64,000 nucleotides of DNA from Octopus sinensis (lineage: Eukaryota), in NCBI RefSeq assembly GCF_006345805.1, contig NC_043013.1, positions 49,290,001-49,354,000 on the forward strand, read 5' to 3'. The notes beneath the pieces are model-generated. The model saw only the letters and a program-made list of their open reading frames with translations, did no database searches and had not been told where the DNA came from. Made by a program: the position numbers and the translations under genes. Of this stretch, positions 1-11,449 are shown piece after piece (the stretch's first letter is position 1; the number at the start of each line of letters is the position of its first letter).

Positions 1-84
1 ATTTAGAGGAATTCTTACCTCTTCTTAAGGGCTCACACCCACCCCCTTGGAAATTACCGTCGCTCCTCATGTTGAGAACCACTG
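1..84. mobile_element. End of hAT (Buster/Charlie-type) MITE
   Basis: Ends in GTTGAGAACCACTG (rc CAGTGGTTCTCAAC), followed by atcTAgac (nnnTAnnn target). Confidence 0.6.
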
Positions 85-239
85 ATCTAGACAGACAGAC
101 AGATAGATAGATTGACTGATTGATTGATTGATTGAAACAAAGAGAACATCTCTGGATAGCTTCACGGAGCTTCTGTTACTGAAGTGTGCTACCCGAAGCA
201 GCTGTGTAAACACTTTGCAGAATATTTAAACGCCTGAGA

Positions 240-1375
240 TTATTTGTAACGATCATATTTTTCGGACTATTCCAACCTCACCTTTACAGTATAGAATTAT
301 ATTATTTATATCAATACCCATTTCAATTTCTTACTTCTCTGATAGTCATCAGACCTTTTATTTCAAGTTAGATCCAGGCAAAATCTTAGATAGAAGGCTT
401 TATTCTTAAACCAAGGATAGCAATGTTCTTATAGTGACTTAGTTCATAATGACATACACTCTAAAGTGAGGTAAATAGCTCGGAAAATTACTTTGACGAA
501 TTGTTTTATAACAGTTTTAGCCTGAAAATTATTCTGTCTTACGGGACAAAATTCTGTTACATCTATGGAAAGTGATTTTGTAAAATAGCCATAAATTTTC
601 TGTATATGTTTGTGGATATGGCACAGTTGTAAGGAATATTGAACCAGACGAAGTCCTTACTTTCAAAGTTACGGCGTAAGTAAGTGTGGGGTGGAGTAAC
701 CAGCTCTTTCTCCTCACTACCTATATCATCTAACCAAAGCTTCCTACCAATTTTAGCATCTAATTTCCTGTTGTTGCTTATTTTATTATTATATAGATTG
801 TTGGGTTTGTAGGATGCTTTTCCATTTGGTATTTTTTCACAACTAAATAAGTTAGGAATCTCTGTATCACTCAAAATTTTATTATTTCCATTATTAATAG
901 GCGCTAAACTTTCAGGACTAAGTAAAGTAAAAAATCCTGGTCATATCCTGCCTTAGACAAAGCAAAGTTGTAGTGGTGAGAATGGGTATTGAAAATGTCC
1001 TTATTTGCTGATAATTTTGTAATTCTCCTAGAAATACGTTTAACTACCGATTTTAACACATAAGGCTGATTTGATAATTTGCTCACGTATCTCATAACTT
1101 CATCTGGGTTTCTATAGGGGTGGTATAATCCTGAGTAGTGTCTAATAATAATAATAATAGTGTCTAAAAATGTGTCACCTTTGTGCCATATTCATACCTA
1201 AGTTAAAGCTTAATTTTTTTCTCATTCTTTCTATGACTGATTTGTTGTCGCTAGGGATAATAAATAGAGCATCATCTCTATATAAACCTCCCTGTAATTC
1301 CGGTATTTCTCTATTGAGGCGCCTTAAAAGATGCCTCAATAGAGTAAAAAAGAATATAAGAAAACGATTGTAATG
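240..1375 (-). mobile_element. Penelope-like element relic (RT C-half and linker)
   Basis: Minus-strand GGLYRDDALFI (RT YxDD), YVSKLSNQPYVLKSVVKRISRRITKLS and WFNIPYNCAISTNIYRKFMAILQNHFP, typical PLE segments; frameshifted. Confidence 0.8.
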
Positions 1376-1508
1376 TATTTATGAAAAAATGTATACTGAT
1401 AAGGTGATATTTATACTTTTGTACATTTTTTATTACTTTTATTCGTTTTAGGGTAAAACAAATGAGTTTTGAGATAGTCTATTTAATGTCGATATTACTT
1501 CTTTTCAG

Positions 1509-1635
1509 GGTACTGTTGAAAACCAACGTGGATTATATATACGTACAGCACAGTTAAAACACAAAGGAAATTATACGTGTCTAATAGAAAGCCCCCTCGC
1601 TACTGACGCAGCTTCAGCTTTTCTAACGGTCAAAG
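1509..1635 (+). CDS. Cntn: Contactin-like, exon 1 of 11 in window (C-terminal half of last Ig domain)
   Basis: ttttcag|GGT...AAAG|gtaaa; GTVENQRGLYIRTAQLKHKGNYTCLIESPLATDAASAFLTVK, Ig F-strand GxYxC motif; upstream exons lie outside the window. Confidence 0.9.
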
Positions 1636-1793
1636 GTAAATCAAAATTTTCAAAAATATAGACGCAAGCGTGGAAGTCTAGTAAGAAGTTTGCTTGCCAT
1701 CCACATGGTTCTGGGTTCAGTGTCTAAAACCTCAAGCCGACCAAAGCCTTGCCTTTGGAATGGATAAGCTAGAGGGAATGTTACAGAAGCCCG

Positions 1794-1903
<110 letters not shown>

Positions 1904-1954
1904 GATTCTACCAACATCCTGTTACTGTCATACTACTCCTGCATTCTTTTATTA

Positions 1955-2240
1955 TTCTTTCTCTTCTTCTTCCTCTTCTTCTTCTCCCTCTTCTTCTTCT
2001 TCTTCCTCTTCTTCTTCTTCTCTGCCGCTTCCTTTCTCTACTACTATTGCTTAAACAATCAAAGATAAGAATTCATATCAAAATAGCTGCTGCTAACTAC
2101 CTCGAACCCAAAGAGTAAAAAGGAGAGACAGAAACAGGCAGAGAAAAGGAAAATGTCCCTTGCATTTGAAAACTATGGAAATATATGTTTTTTAAAAGAC
2201 ATTTCATTTAATTTTTCCAAAATTAAATTTTTTTTCACAC
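1955..2240 (-). repeat. Unclassified interspersed repeat with (GAA)n tail (family D, copy 1)
   Basis: (TTC)n tract joined to ~150 bp shared with 12040-12260. Confidence 0.6.
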
Positions 2241-2311
2241 TTTACTCTAAAGTACTAATATATATATTTATATGTATACATATATATGTGCATATATATA
2301 TATATATATGT

Positions 2312-2362
<51 letters not shown>

Positions 2363-2499
2363 AATATTACATTTCTAAATATCTCAGAGAGATATAAGCA
2401 GTAGTGGTACGATAAAGTAGTTGTATACTGTCAACTTAATGTTACAGTCCCATGAAGGGAATCACACCACTACTATTTAGCCCTAGGAAGCAGCAACGC

Positions 2500-2720
2500 T
2501 TCCTGTCGGCCTTGACACATTTCCTGACACATTTCACTAGAACTCTTATATGTTTACAAGAGCTAGATGGGCATCTCTAACTAGCAGGCCATGTTACTCC
2601 AGACTGATGACGAGCAAAGAGTCAGAAACTAGTCTCTGATTGCAGGGTTAGTCGGGTGGAGATGCTTATCTCCCCCTTGTAAACATAAGGACACAGGAAA
2701 TGTGTCAAGGTCGACAGGAA
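2500..2720. mobile_element. Foldback element with a hammerhead-like motif in the loop
   Basis: Inverted arms cctgtcg(g/a)ccttgacacatttcctg at 2501-2526 and 2694-2719, further inner complementarity; CTGATGA..GAAACTAGTC at 2604-2634. Confidence 0.6.
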
Positions 2721-2927
2721 TAACAGTGATAGAAAATCATGGACAACGTGTTTCTTCTGAGATTTGACTGTTATTACTAAATAAGTGTCTCGTTCGTTGA
2801 CTTTGTTTCTGATGTTTTAATAGAAGTAAAATCTAAACTGAGTTGTGTTGAGGTAAGTGAAAGAATCTATTCCGTTTTAGATTAAATGTAATTTTAATGC
2901 ATTTTAATGTATTTTATTGTCTTTTAG

Positions 2928-3086
2928 CCCCTCCCAGCGAACCGGCTGGTGTTTATGGTGATGGAACTACAGAAGACAAAATAACCATACATTGGTTGGC
3001 ACCAAATGATAATGGTTTTCCTATTACACGATATATAATCGAGAGTTCAAATAAATTAAATCCAGTATGGAAAATGGCATCAAGAG
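2928..3086 (+). CDS. Cntn: Contactin-like exon 2 (FN3-1 N-half)
   Basis: cttttag|...AGAG|gtaaa, phase 1-1; APPSEPAGVYGDGTTEDKITIHWLAPNDNGFPITRYIIESSNKLNPVWKMASR. Confidence 0.93.
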
Positions 3087-3129
3087 GTAAATCAAGCATT
3101 ATATTTCAATAGATAAGTACGAAAATATT

Positions 3130-4580
3130 AGGTGCATTCCAGAAGTTTTTATACTTTTCCAGGAGCGACATTTATTAATTTCAAAGAATTGCAAAATGCT
3201 AATCTCCTTCAGAGTAGGATATTCTAAATTTACTACTCTTGTTGTCGCGTTCCAGACACTTAATGAAAACTCCATGCAAGTCCATCAAAGTGAAGGTGTC
3301 CAGAACTCTAGTCACAGCCTCCTTCATCATCTCAATGTCTTGAAAAACCACTGCTCCTGGGGTTCTCCTTCAGCTTGGGGAACAATCAAAAGTCACAGGA
3401 AAAATGTCTTGACTGTGGGTAGGATGAGAGACAGTTTTCACACCCATCTCTGTCAAGTAGTTGGTCACCAGGATGGAATTGTGGCCTGGTGTATCAACCC
3501 GAGTGGGAGAGCTCTGCTTCTTGCCACAAAATCTCTCCCCGAACTCCTTCAAAACTTCCACAAAATACTCTTTTGACTGTCTGGCGAGAGGGAAACCAGT
3601 AGGAGTAGCTGATGGCTTTGTTGTCACAAAGGGGGCCATCATGAGCTTCCTAGTTGACTTGCTTTGCCTGAACTTCTTGAGTCTGGGGGACCGAGGATTC
3701 TTCCATTGTTCACTGTGTCTCTGATCTCAGGATCATATCAGTAGATCCACCTTTCGTCACGTCACGGGTCACCAGAGACCCAAATACTCTTGAATTGGCA
3801 GTAATGAGTTCAGTCATCTTTCTGCTGTCACCAACGCATCTTTCCTTCTTTCCGAAGTTGAGTACAAATTTCGCGCATGGTTCAGATCTTCATGAATAAT
3901 TCTGTATAGTTGCCAGACCAACTCCATATTGTATGCTTATTCTCTTTATAGATATCGTCGTCATCGTCAACTTTGTCTCGTAACCTATTTCCCTTGTTTT
4001 CTATGACTGAGAATAGGTCTTTGATAACGTTCCAAGAGCTATAATGAAGGTTCTTCATCGTTTTGGATGTCCTGATAACTTTGTCCCTCTGGTTCAAGAA
4101 GTAATGCATGACAATATGTCTGGACGTGTATTCCACCAAAACATGCTGTCTGAAGAATTTCCAGACTAAAACAAGGATGCGCCTGGGCACCTATGCTATT
4201 TTCCTTGTATCTGGCTGCAATACAGATATTCGACGAATTTAATCCAGAAAATTGCGAATTTTCTCAACCAGCTGTGATATTATGACGTCCCTCTCCATCC
4301 TATGCCTCTCATTGTCTCTCAACTCTTTTTTATCCTCCTGAATTTCTTGTGCTATCGAAAACCATGCTCGCTCGTACAAATTAGTACATAAGTAGTCTGG
4401 AACATTTTGTAACTTTCTGTAGTGTTCTTGCCCAGTTAAACACAAAACTTCATTGCATGGCGATCTTCCAAATTTTTTTCATGTCCCGGCCGTATTCTGC
4501 AAATTAGTCAGCTGTGACAAGCAATGTTCAGTAGTCTGTGTTCAAAGTGCTGTTAGAGCTGTCGCCTTCAATCTGGAATA
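3130..4580 (-). mobile_element. Tc1/mariner transposase relic
   Basis: LEDRHAMKFC..LGKNTTESYKMF; ELRDNER..VEKIRNFLD; IIHEDL; KEYFVEVLKEF; DTPGHNSILVTNYLTEMGVKTVSHPTHSQD (DDD domain); many stops and frameshifts. Confidence 0.85.
3965..4215 (+). mobile_element. RTE-type LINE RT fragment nested in the mariner
   Basis: VFDNVPRAIMKVLHRFGCPDNFVPLVQEVMHDNMSGRVFHQNMLSEEFP...LYLAAI. Confidence 0.7.
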
Positions 4581-5599
4581 ACAAAAATTGATAGATCAGC
4601 TTATACATGCATAGTAATGACATACAAAAATTACAATAATCTAAGAGTTATATCTGCATATCCCTAAAATTCCTCAAACTTCTGAAATTCACCTCTCACA
4701 CTCACAACGGTGTTTGACTCACTCAAGCGAACAATACCATTTTTTTAGCAATAGTGACGAAAGTTACTAGAAAAACAATAAGTATTTGCAAACAGGTCTC
4801 CCTTCATCGTAAACCGGTGATTGCCGTACGCCGAAGACAGGCAAATACCTAGAAACTGCAGTCCGTGCGTATCACTTAGGTTTACGAGAGAGGAATGACC
4901 TCCCTTTGCAAATACCATAAGGGCACAGAAAGTGTGCCTAAAGCCAGCTGGAGACGATGATCTCCTGGGGCTAAAATCTACAGTAACACCCACCCTTAGT
5001 GGTTAGCCATATTATGATGGCTAGTATACCTTACGTTGTCGAGCGGTTACTGTTTACATCTCGTTCAGAGATTTATTATTGCAGTCATTTTATTGTTTTA
5101 CATCTACCTTTTGAGATTTTCGCAGCATTCTTGCTTTTGAGCAATTCCTTTTTGCTTCCGTCACATTATGCCTTTGTGTTTGTATAAAGTCCTTTTTATC
5201 TTTGCACACTATCGGTTGCTTATCCTTGCACAATATCAGAGAGAAAATTATTAAAATATATAAAATACAAAACTTAATTAAGCTATTCTGACAATTATTC
5301 TCAAATAGTACTTTCTTAGCAAACTGAGCAAGTAATGCAAGTCATAACAAGATATAATTTCATTGGCTTAAAATTATGACGTTATGGCAGGCGAATGTTG
5401 TAGAAAAGAGGACGAGTCTCCATAACACAATATTGCTAAGATTCTAATTGAGCTGATACATGTCTGCTACTATCTCCAGTCTAGATCCACTCGTCTACCT
5501 GCTATAAAATAATCTTAGATTGACCTAGAATATTAGAGTTATCTTCCTTGCTTCCATATTTTTAGATTTTAAGACTTTCTAAGTGAAAACCAATAGGAA

Positions 5600-5990
5600 A
5601 GACATGGAGGGAATTCTAGAGGGTTGGCATCTGGGAAGAAATAACTAGGGATAGAGTGATCAGGGCGGAGCCTGAGTGGAGTGGAGGCAAGGATTATGGG
5701 AGAAAGAGAGATGAGTGGAACGGGACTCCTGAATTAAGGTAGCAAGAGCTCTGGAAACTCCTGAGAGCAAAGCCCATTATAGTACCGGTGGAAAAAAAGT
5801 AGAGATGACCCCCAAGTAATGAAGAGAGGGAGCGCCTCCATCAAGATCTCGTGACGATGGGAGAACATTGTTGAGGACTTTGGAATAGACATATGATGGC
5901 GAACTAATGCTGCAGCATCAAATGAGAGGATCCTGACAAAGTCTATAAACGCAAGAGCTACAGGCGAAAGTTCTTGCTAGAATAGGAACA
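5600..5990 (-). mobile_element. CR1/L2-group LINE 3' ORF relic
   Basis: FSHRHEI..SSLLFFHRYYNGLCSQEF resembles the C-terminus of CR1/L2-group ORF2. Confidence 0.45.
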
Positions 5991-6070
5991 ATTTTAGCTT
6001 TTTAATTCCATTTGTTACTACTTCACTTAATATGTACGGGAGATCGCGTATATGTATATATGTGTATATA

Positions 6071-6490
6071 GGCGCAGGAGGGGCTGTGTGGTAAGTAGCT
6101 TGCTAACCAACCACATGGTTCCGGGTTCAGTCCCACTGCGTGGTATCTTGGGCAAGTGTCTTCTGCTATAGCCCCGGGCCGACCAATGCCTTGTAAGTGG
6201 ATTTTGTAGACGGAAACTGAAAGAAGCCTGTCGTATATATGTATATATATATATATATGTGTGTGTATGTGTTTGTGTGTCTGTGTTTGTCCCCCTAGCA
6301 TTGCTTGACAACCGATGCTGGTGTTTTTACGTCCCCGTCACTTAGCGGTTCGGCAAAAGAGACCGATAGAATAAGTACTGGGCTTACAAAGAATAAGTCC
6401 CGGGGTCGATTTGCCCGACTAAAGGCGGTGCTCCAGCATGGCCGCAGTCAAATGACTGAAACAAGTAAAAGGGTAAAGAGTAAAAGAGTA
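6071..6490 (+). mobile_element. SINE family A (tRNA head, internal (TA)n(TG)n, GAGTAAAA tail)
   Basis: ggcgcaggag.ggctgtgtggtaag...ggttccgggttcagtccc (A/B boxes) ... gactgaaacaagtaaaagagta. Confidence 0.9.
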
Positions 6491-6539
6491 TATGAAGTTT
6501 TTATTTTTTTATTTTTTATTATTTTTTTTTTTTTTTCAG

Positions 6540-6680
6540 AAATCCCTTCGTCTGCCGTTGAAGTTCAGGACCGCTTATTCAAGACTGTCGAAGTTTTAGG
6601 ATTGCAACCGAATAATCAATACAAATTCCGAGTTCGTGCTATTAACAAACTTGGAGTTGGTCAACCGAGTTTGCCGTCAG
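6540..6680 (+). CDS. Cntn: Contactin-like exon 3 (FN3-1 C-half)
   Basis: polyT-cag|...TCAG|gtaaat, phase 1-1; EIPSSAVEVQDRLFKTVEVLGLQPNNQYKFRVRAINKLGVGQPSLPS. Confidence 0.93.
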
Positions 6681-6856
6681 GTAAATATCTAATAATATAT
6701 TGCTCTTTTCAACATTTGCCCTGTTAAACAAATGCTCTAATAAAGAATCTTGACATTCTCTGAGTTCCGCCGATTTGTGTACCGGACATATACGTCTGTC
6801 AACATTACATCTTTGTTGTTAGATGCCTCATATCTAAAGGCAGCATCTTCTGCAAT

Positions 6857-7263
6857 TACTCTTTTTACTCTTTTACTTGTTTCAGTCATTTGACTGCGGC
6901 CATGCTGGAGCACCGCCTTTAGTCGAGCAAATCGACCCCGGGACTTATTCTTTGTAAGCCCAGTACTTATTCTATCGGTGTCTTTTGCCGAACCGCTAAG
7001 TGACGGGGACGTAAACACACCAGCATTGGTTGTCAAGCAATGCTAGGGAGACAACCACAGACACACAAACACACACATACACATATATATACATATATAC
7101 GACAGGCTTCTTTCAGTTTCCGTCTACCAAATCCACTCACAAGGCATTGGTCGGCCCGGGGCTATAGCAGAAGACACTTGCCCAAGATGCCACGCAGTGG
7201 GACTGAACCCGGAACCATGTGGTTAGTTAGCAAGCTACTTACCACACAGCCACTCCTGCGCCT
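6857..7263 (-). mobile_element. SINE family A
   Basis: Full reverse-complement copy. Confidence 0.9.
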
Positions 7264-8178
7264 ATTGTTTACATGCAGGAAGAAAGTGTTTGAAAATTTT
7301 GGAATAATAAGCATTCAGTTTCACATTGAATCAGCTATTGAGTCCCTCAAATGTTTTGACATTTCAGAAACTCTTAAATTTTTCCTTTCCTTTCATGTCG
7401 TCATAAAAAATTGAATCTGTGTAATAAAATTTGGTTGTTGCATTTTTTTTATTTCCTATCCACTTTCTAAACTAGTCGTTATGTCTATATACCATAGTAT
7501 GATATTGTTTTCTAATTAATCACATTCATATCCATGGTTTTATGAACGATTCGACCAGATTTACAGATTAAATTCTCCTGCAAAGCAACAATCAAATTCG
7601 CTGAAGTTTTCGCAGAATACTTTTGCATAAAAACTGGGCGTATTATAACTAGCATAAATGATAGGCCTAAACATAGTTGTATGGTTGAAAAATTCGTGAG
7701 CATATAGTTCTGGGTTCTTGTACTGTTCCTAGAAGCGTTCTCCTGTCATGATTTCCATGTGGTTGCTCTCTATTCTATCTTAGTTTCAGGTTGACCAATA
7801 CCTCGTGAGTGGGATTCGGTAGACCGGTAACTGTGCAAAAAACTCATCGGACGAAATGCCGCTAAACATTTTGTCCAGCTTGCTAACGATTCGGCCATCA
7901 GGCCGCCTTAACTATATTAAATATTAAAACGTGCATCATACCAATTCTGCCACTCAAAACCAGGAGGCAATACTAATGTACAAATTAATGGAGTTTTCTT
8001 AAAGGACTTAAATGAAAGTAAATTTTGGGCCAAATACTGCTTGTCGGCAATTTAGGGAATCGATAGCTTCATATTAATTATTCCTGACATTTTGCTTCCT
8101 AACATTTTCTTTCCATATTAAGTGTTCATGATACACGGTTTTTTACAAATATTTTTTACTTTCACTTTCACTTTCAAG

Positions 8179-8273
8179 CTGATTACCGAACGTTATCTTC
8201 TCCTCCCAAAAGAGCACCAAATGATGTGGGTGGAGGCGGCGGCAAAGTGGGTGATTTGTCCATCACTTGGGCT
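8179..8273 (+). CDS. Cntn: Contactin-like exon 4 (start of FN3-2)
   Basis: tttcaag|...GCT|gtaagt; ADYRTLSSPPKRAPNDVGGGGGKVGDLSITWA; the Gly-rich GGGGKxGDL motif is characteristic of contactins. Confidence 0.92.
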
Positions 8274-8567
8274 GTAAGTAAAATACATTTTAGAAATAAT
8301 AAACTAACTTCCATTGATTTGTGTTTCTTGAAAATAAGTTTTCTTGTTTGAGTAGCCTAGAGACATAGGCTACCGAGAATGTATCCAAGCACCGATTTGC
8401 TGAACAAATAAAGGGTTTCGTGCTTTCTGAATTAGTTCACATCTAAATTATGTCAACAACAGGAAATTTATGTGCGCATCCTAATGCTCAAGGTACCTCA
8501 AATACATAAATGATAAAATATTTTCTACAAGTTACAAAATTTAAAAACTTACACGCGCACGCACTCA

Positions 8568-8649
<82 letters not shown>

Positions 8650-8653
8650 TATA

Positions 8654-8769
8654 TTTAAAATTAAGGATAAAATCTTTATTTGTTTATTTTAGTAGTTTTG
8701 ACTGCAAAAGTCCCTCCTAGCGTGCGGTACCTATGAATAATAGTACCCTCTATATAATATAAATATATA

Positions 8770-8810
<41 letters not shown>

Positions 8811-8923
8811 TATATTTAAAATTAAGGATAAAATCTTTATTTGTTTATTTTAGTAGTTTTGACTGCAAAAGTCCCTCCTAGCGTGCGGTACCTATGAATA
8901 ATAGTACCCTCTATATAATATAA

Positions 8924-8935
<12 letters not shown>
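8654..8935. repeat. 161-bp tandem duplication bounded by (TA)n
   Basis: tttaaaattaaggataaaatc...ctctatataatata at 8654 and 8815. Confidence 0.85.
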
Positions 8936-8975
<40 letters not shown>

Positions 8976-9739
8976 CTGTGTGTATACCCGTGTCTGTGTT
9001 TGTGTATTTGTTAGTGGATGGGCGCTTTCCTGTTGTCTCTCCCTGCTTGACAAGTGTGTGTATGTTTTCGTAACGTAGAAGTTCGAAAGACGGGCGAACA
9101 ACTGTAAATAGTACGTGTGTAAATTTTCACTGACTAAACTTTCTATAAACTGAAGCAAATAAGGTAATACGATAAAGACTATATTGGAGAATAATTCGAA
9201 AGAAACATAGTATAACCAATATGTATTGCGAAGTATATCAAATGTTATACAGTATTTAGTAAAAAAAAAGATATTGTGTACTTCTTGAGTTTCGTACCAT
9301 ATAAAATACTTAACTAAAGAATTGTCACGTACATGGTTTTTCTCGTGTTTCGCACCTAATAAACTACTTATTATCTAATTAACTAAGCAACTGTTAGGAA
9401 AATAATGTGGTCCAGTAATCTAGAATACGAGAAAAACTAGAGTTTTGGTGGAGAGTACATGCTGACGTGGGGATAATTCAGGCGCAAATCCTAACATTTT
9501 AAGTATGAGTTGTTTCCCTTTAATGCTTGAAAGACTTGTTGATGTTTTATATATGGAAGTTATGGTTCGGAGTGAGAGAGAGGAGAGGAAAATAAATGAA
9601 AAAAGGGAGGAGAATAGGAAAGAGAGAGAGAGAGTAAAGAAGGGATGAAAAAAGTGGCGAAGTATGAATTAATGAGCGAACAAAGTTTAAAATAAAAGAA
9701 TAAATTAAAAGATGAATGTGAAAAAACTCAGTTACGTCA

Positions 9740-9938
9740 AAAAATAACGTATGTGTATGCAGAGACATACATACATACATACATACATATATACATATAT
9801 ACATATACATATATATATATATATATACACACATACACATACATACGTATATATATAGACATACATGCATACATATATATATACATACATACATACATAC
9901 ACACATATACACATATACATACACACATATACATACAT

Positions 9939-10005
<67 letters not shown>

Positions 10006-10030
10006 TAATATATATATATATATATATGTA
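9740..10030. repeat. Compound (TACA)n/(CA)n/(TA)n microsatellite
   Basis: Seen directly. Confidence 0.9.
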
Positions 10031-10470
10031 CGAATAGGAAAACTGGAGGGGTAAAGAACTCGGTTAAGTGGAAATGTAAACGATTTAAGAGCGGGTTAAT
10101 TCCATGAGTGAAGGTACTGTATGCGCTAGTTGTAATAGACTCCAGGTTTTCAGTAGATATCTATCAGAGAGGCAACAATCTGTATAAATTCTTGTCCTTG
10201 TGTTTTAAGAATTGTTAAGATTGAGTGTTCTGTTAGCACTGCAATCATCGCATATTAAAATCTACATCGCTCAACGTTCTTCTATTCAATGTTAACTATA
10301 ATCCGTAGCATGTCCTTTTCAAACCAATGCAATTTGACAGTTTTTACTATTTTCACTTATATGTATGTTTCAAAGATCTTCGAGAATGTTCCTTTTATTC
10401 GTATTATATAGTGATTCGGTACAATGTGATGATCTAGCTTAGTGAAGAGAGCTTTTGCCCCAAATATAAA

Positions 10471-11067
10471 TTCTTTACTACCCACAAGGGGCTAAACACA
10501 GAGAGGACAAACAAGGACAGACAAACGGATTAAGTCGATTATATCGACCCCAGTGCGTAACTGGTACTTATTTAATCGACCCCGAAAGGATGAAAGGCAA
10601 AGTCGACCTCGGCGGAATGTGAACTCAGAACGTAGCGGCAGACAAAATACCTATTTCTTTACTACCCACAAGGGGCTAAACACAGAGAGGACAAACAAGG
10701 ACAGACATAGGTATTAAGTCGATTATATCAACCCCAGTGCGTAACTGGTACTTATTTAATCGACCCCGAAAGGATGAAAGGCAAAGTCGACCTCGGCGGA
10801 ATTTGAACTCAGAACGTAGCGGCAGGCAAAATACCTATTTCTTTACTACCCACAATGGGCTAATCACAGAGAGGACAAACAAGGACAGATAAACGGATTA
10901 AGTCGATTATATCAACCCCAGTGCGTAACTGGTACTTATTTAATCGACCCCGAAAGGATGAAACGCAAAGTCGACCTCGGCGGAATGTGAACTCAGAACG
11001 TAGCGGCAGACGAAATACCGCTAAGCATTTCGCCCGGCGCGCTAACGTTTCTGCCAGCTCGCCACCT
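10471..11067 (-). mobile_element. SINE family C trimer (one full unit plus two 184-nt 5'-truncated units)
   Basis: ttctttactacccaca recurs at 10471, 10655 and 10839; head gctcgccacc near 11065. Confidence 0.9.
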
Positions 11068-11449
11068 TATTCTGCCCCAATTACATTACTTTATTCGTAT
11101 AGACTGCTTTAGTGGACATGGATTACTAATTTTGCACATGCAATTTATTTAGAAAGGTTATATGTAAATAAATTCGTAATGATAGGAATGCAATTGTGAC
11201 TCACTTTAAAATTATACCTTTTTAATGGATTTCTTCGTCTGTAATTAAAAGGGAAACGCATCTAAATGCAAGGAAACTCTCAGCATTGCTCTTGTTCCAA
11301 ACAGGAGGCGCAAACCATACTTAAAAGCCTTCAATATTCTGTTACCGTGAGGCCCGACATTTTCACAACTGATTCCATATCATACCTTTTTTAACATAAC
11401 CGAGTATGTTTTCTTCTGATCTAATATCTGGGTGCTTATACCAGTATTA

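Noticed and set aside
10471-11067. Regular 184-bp repeats resembling a CRISPR or satellite array
   Set aside because: The units are whole SINE bodies with no unique spacers, in a eukaryotic context with no cas genes.
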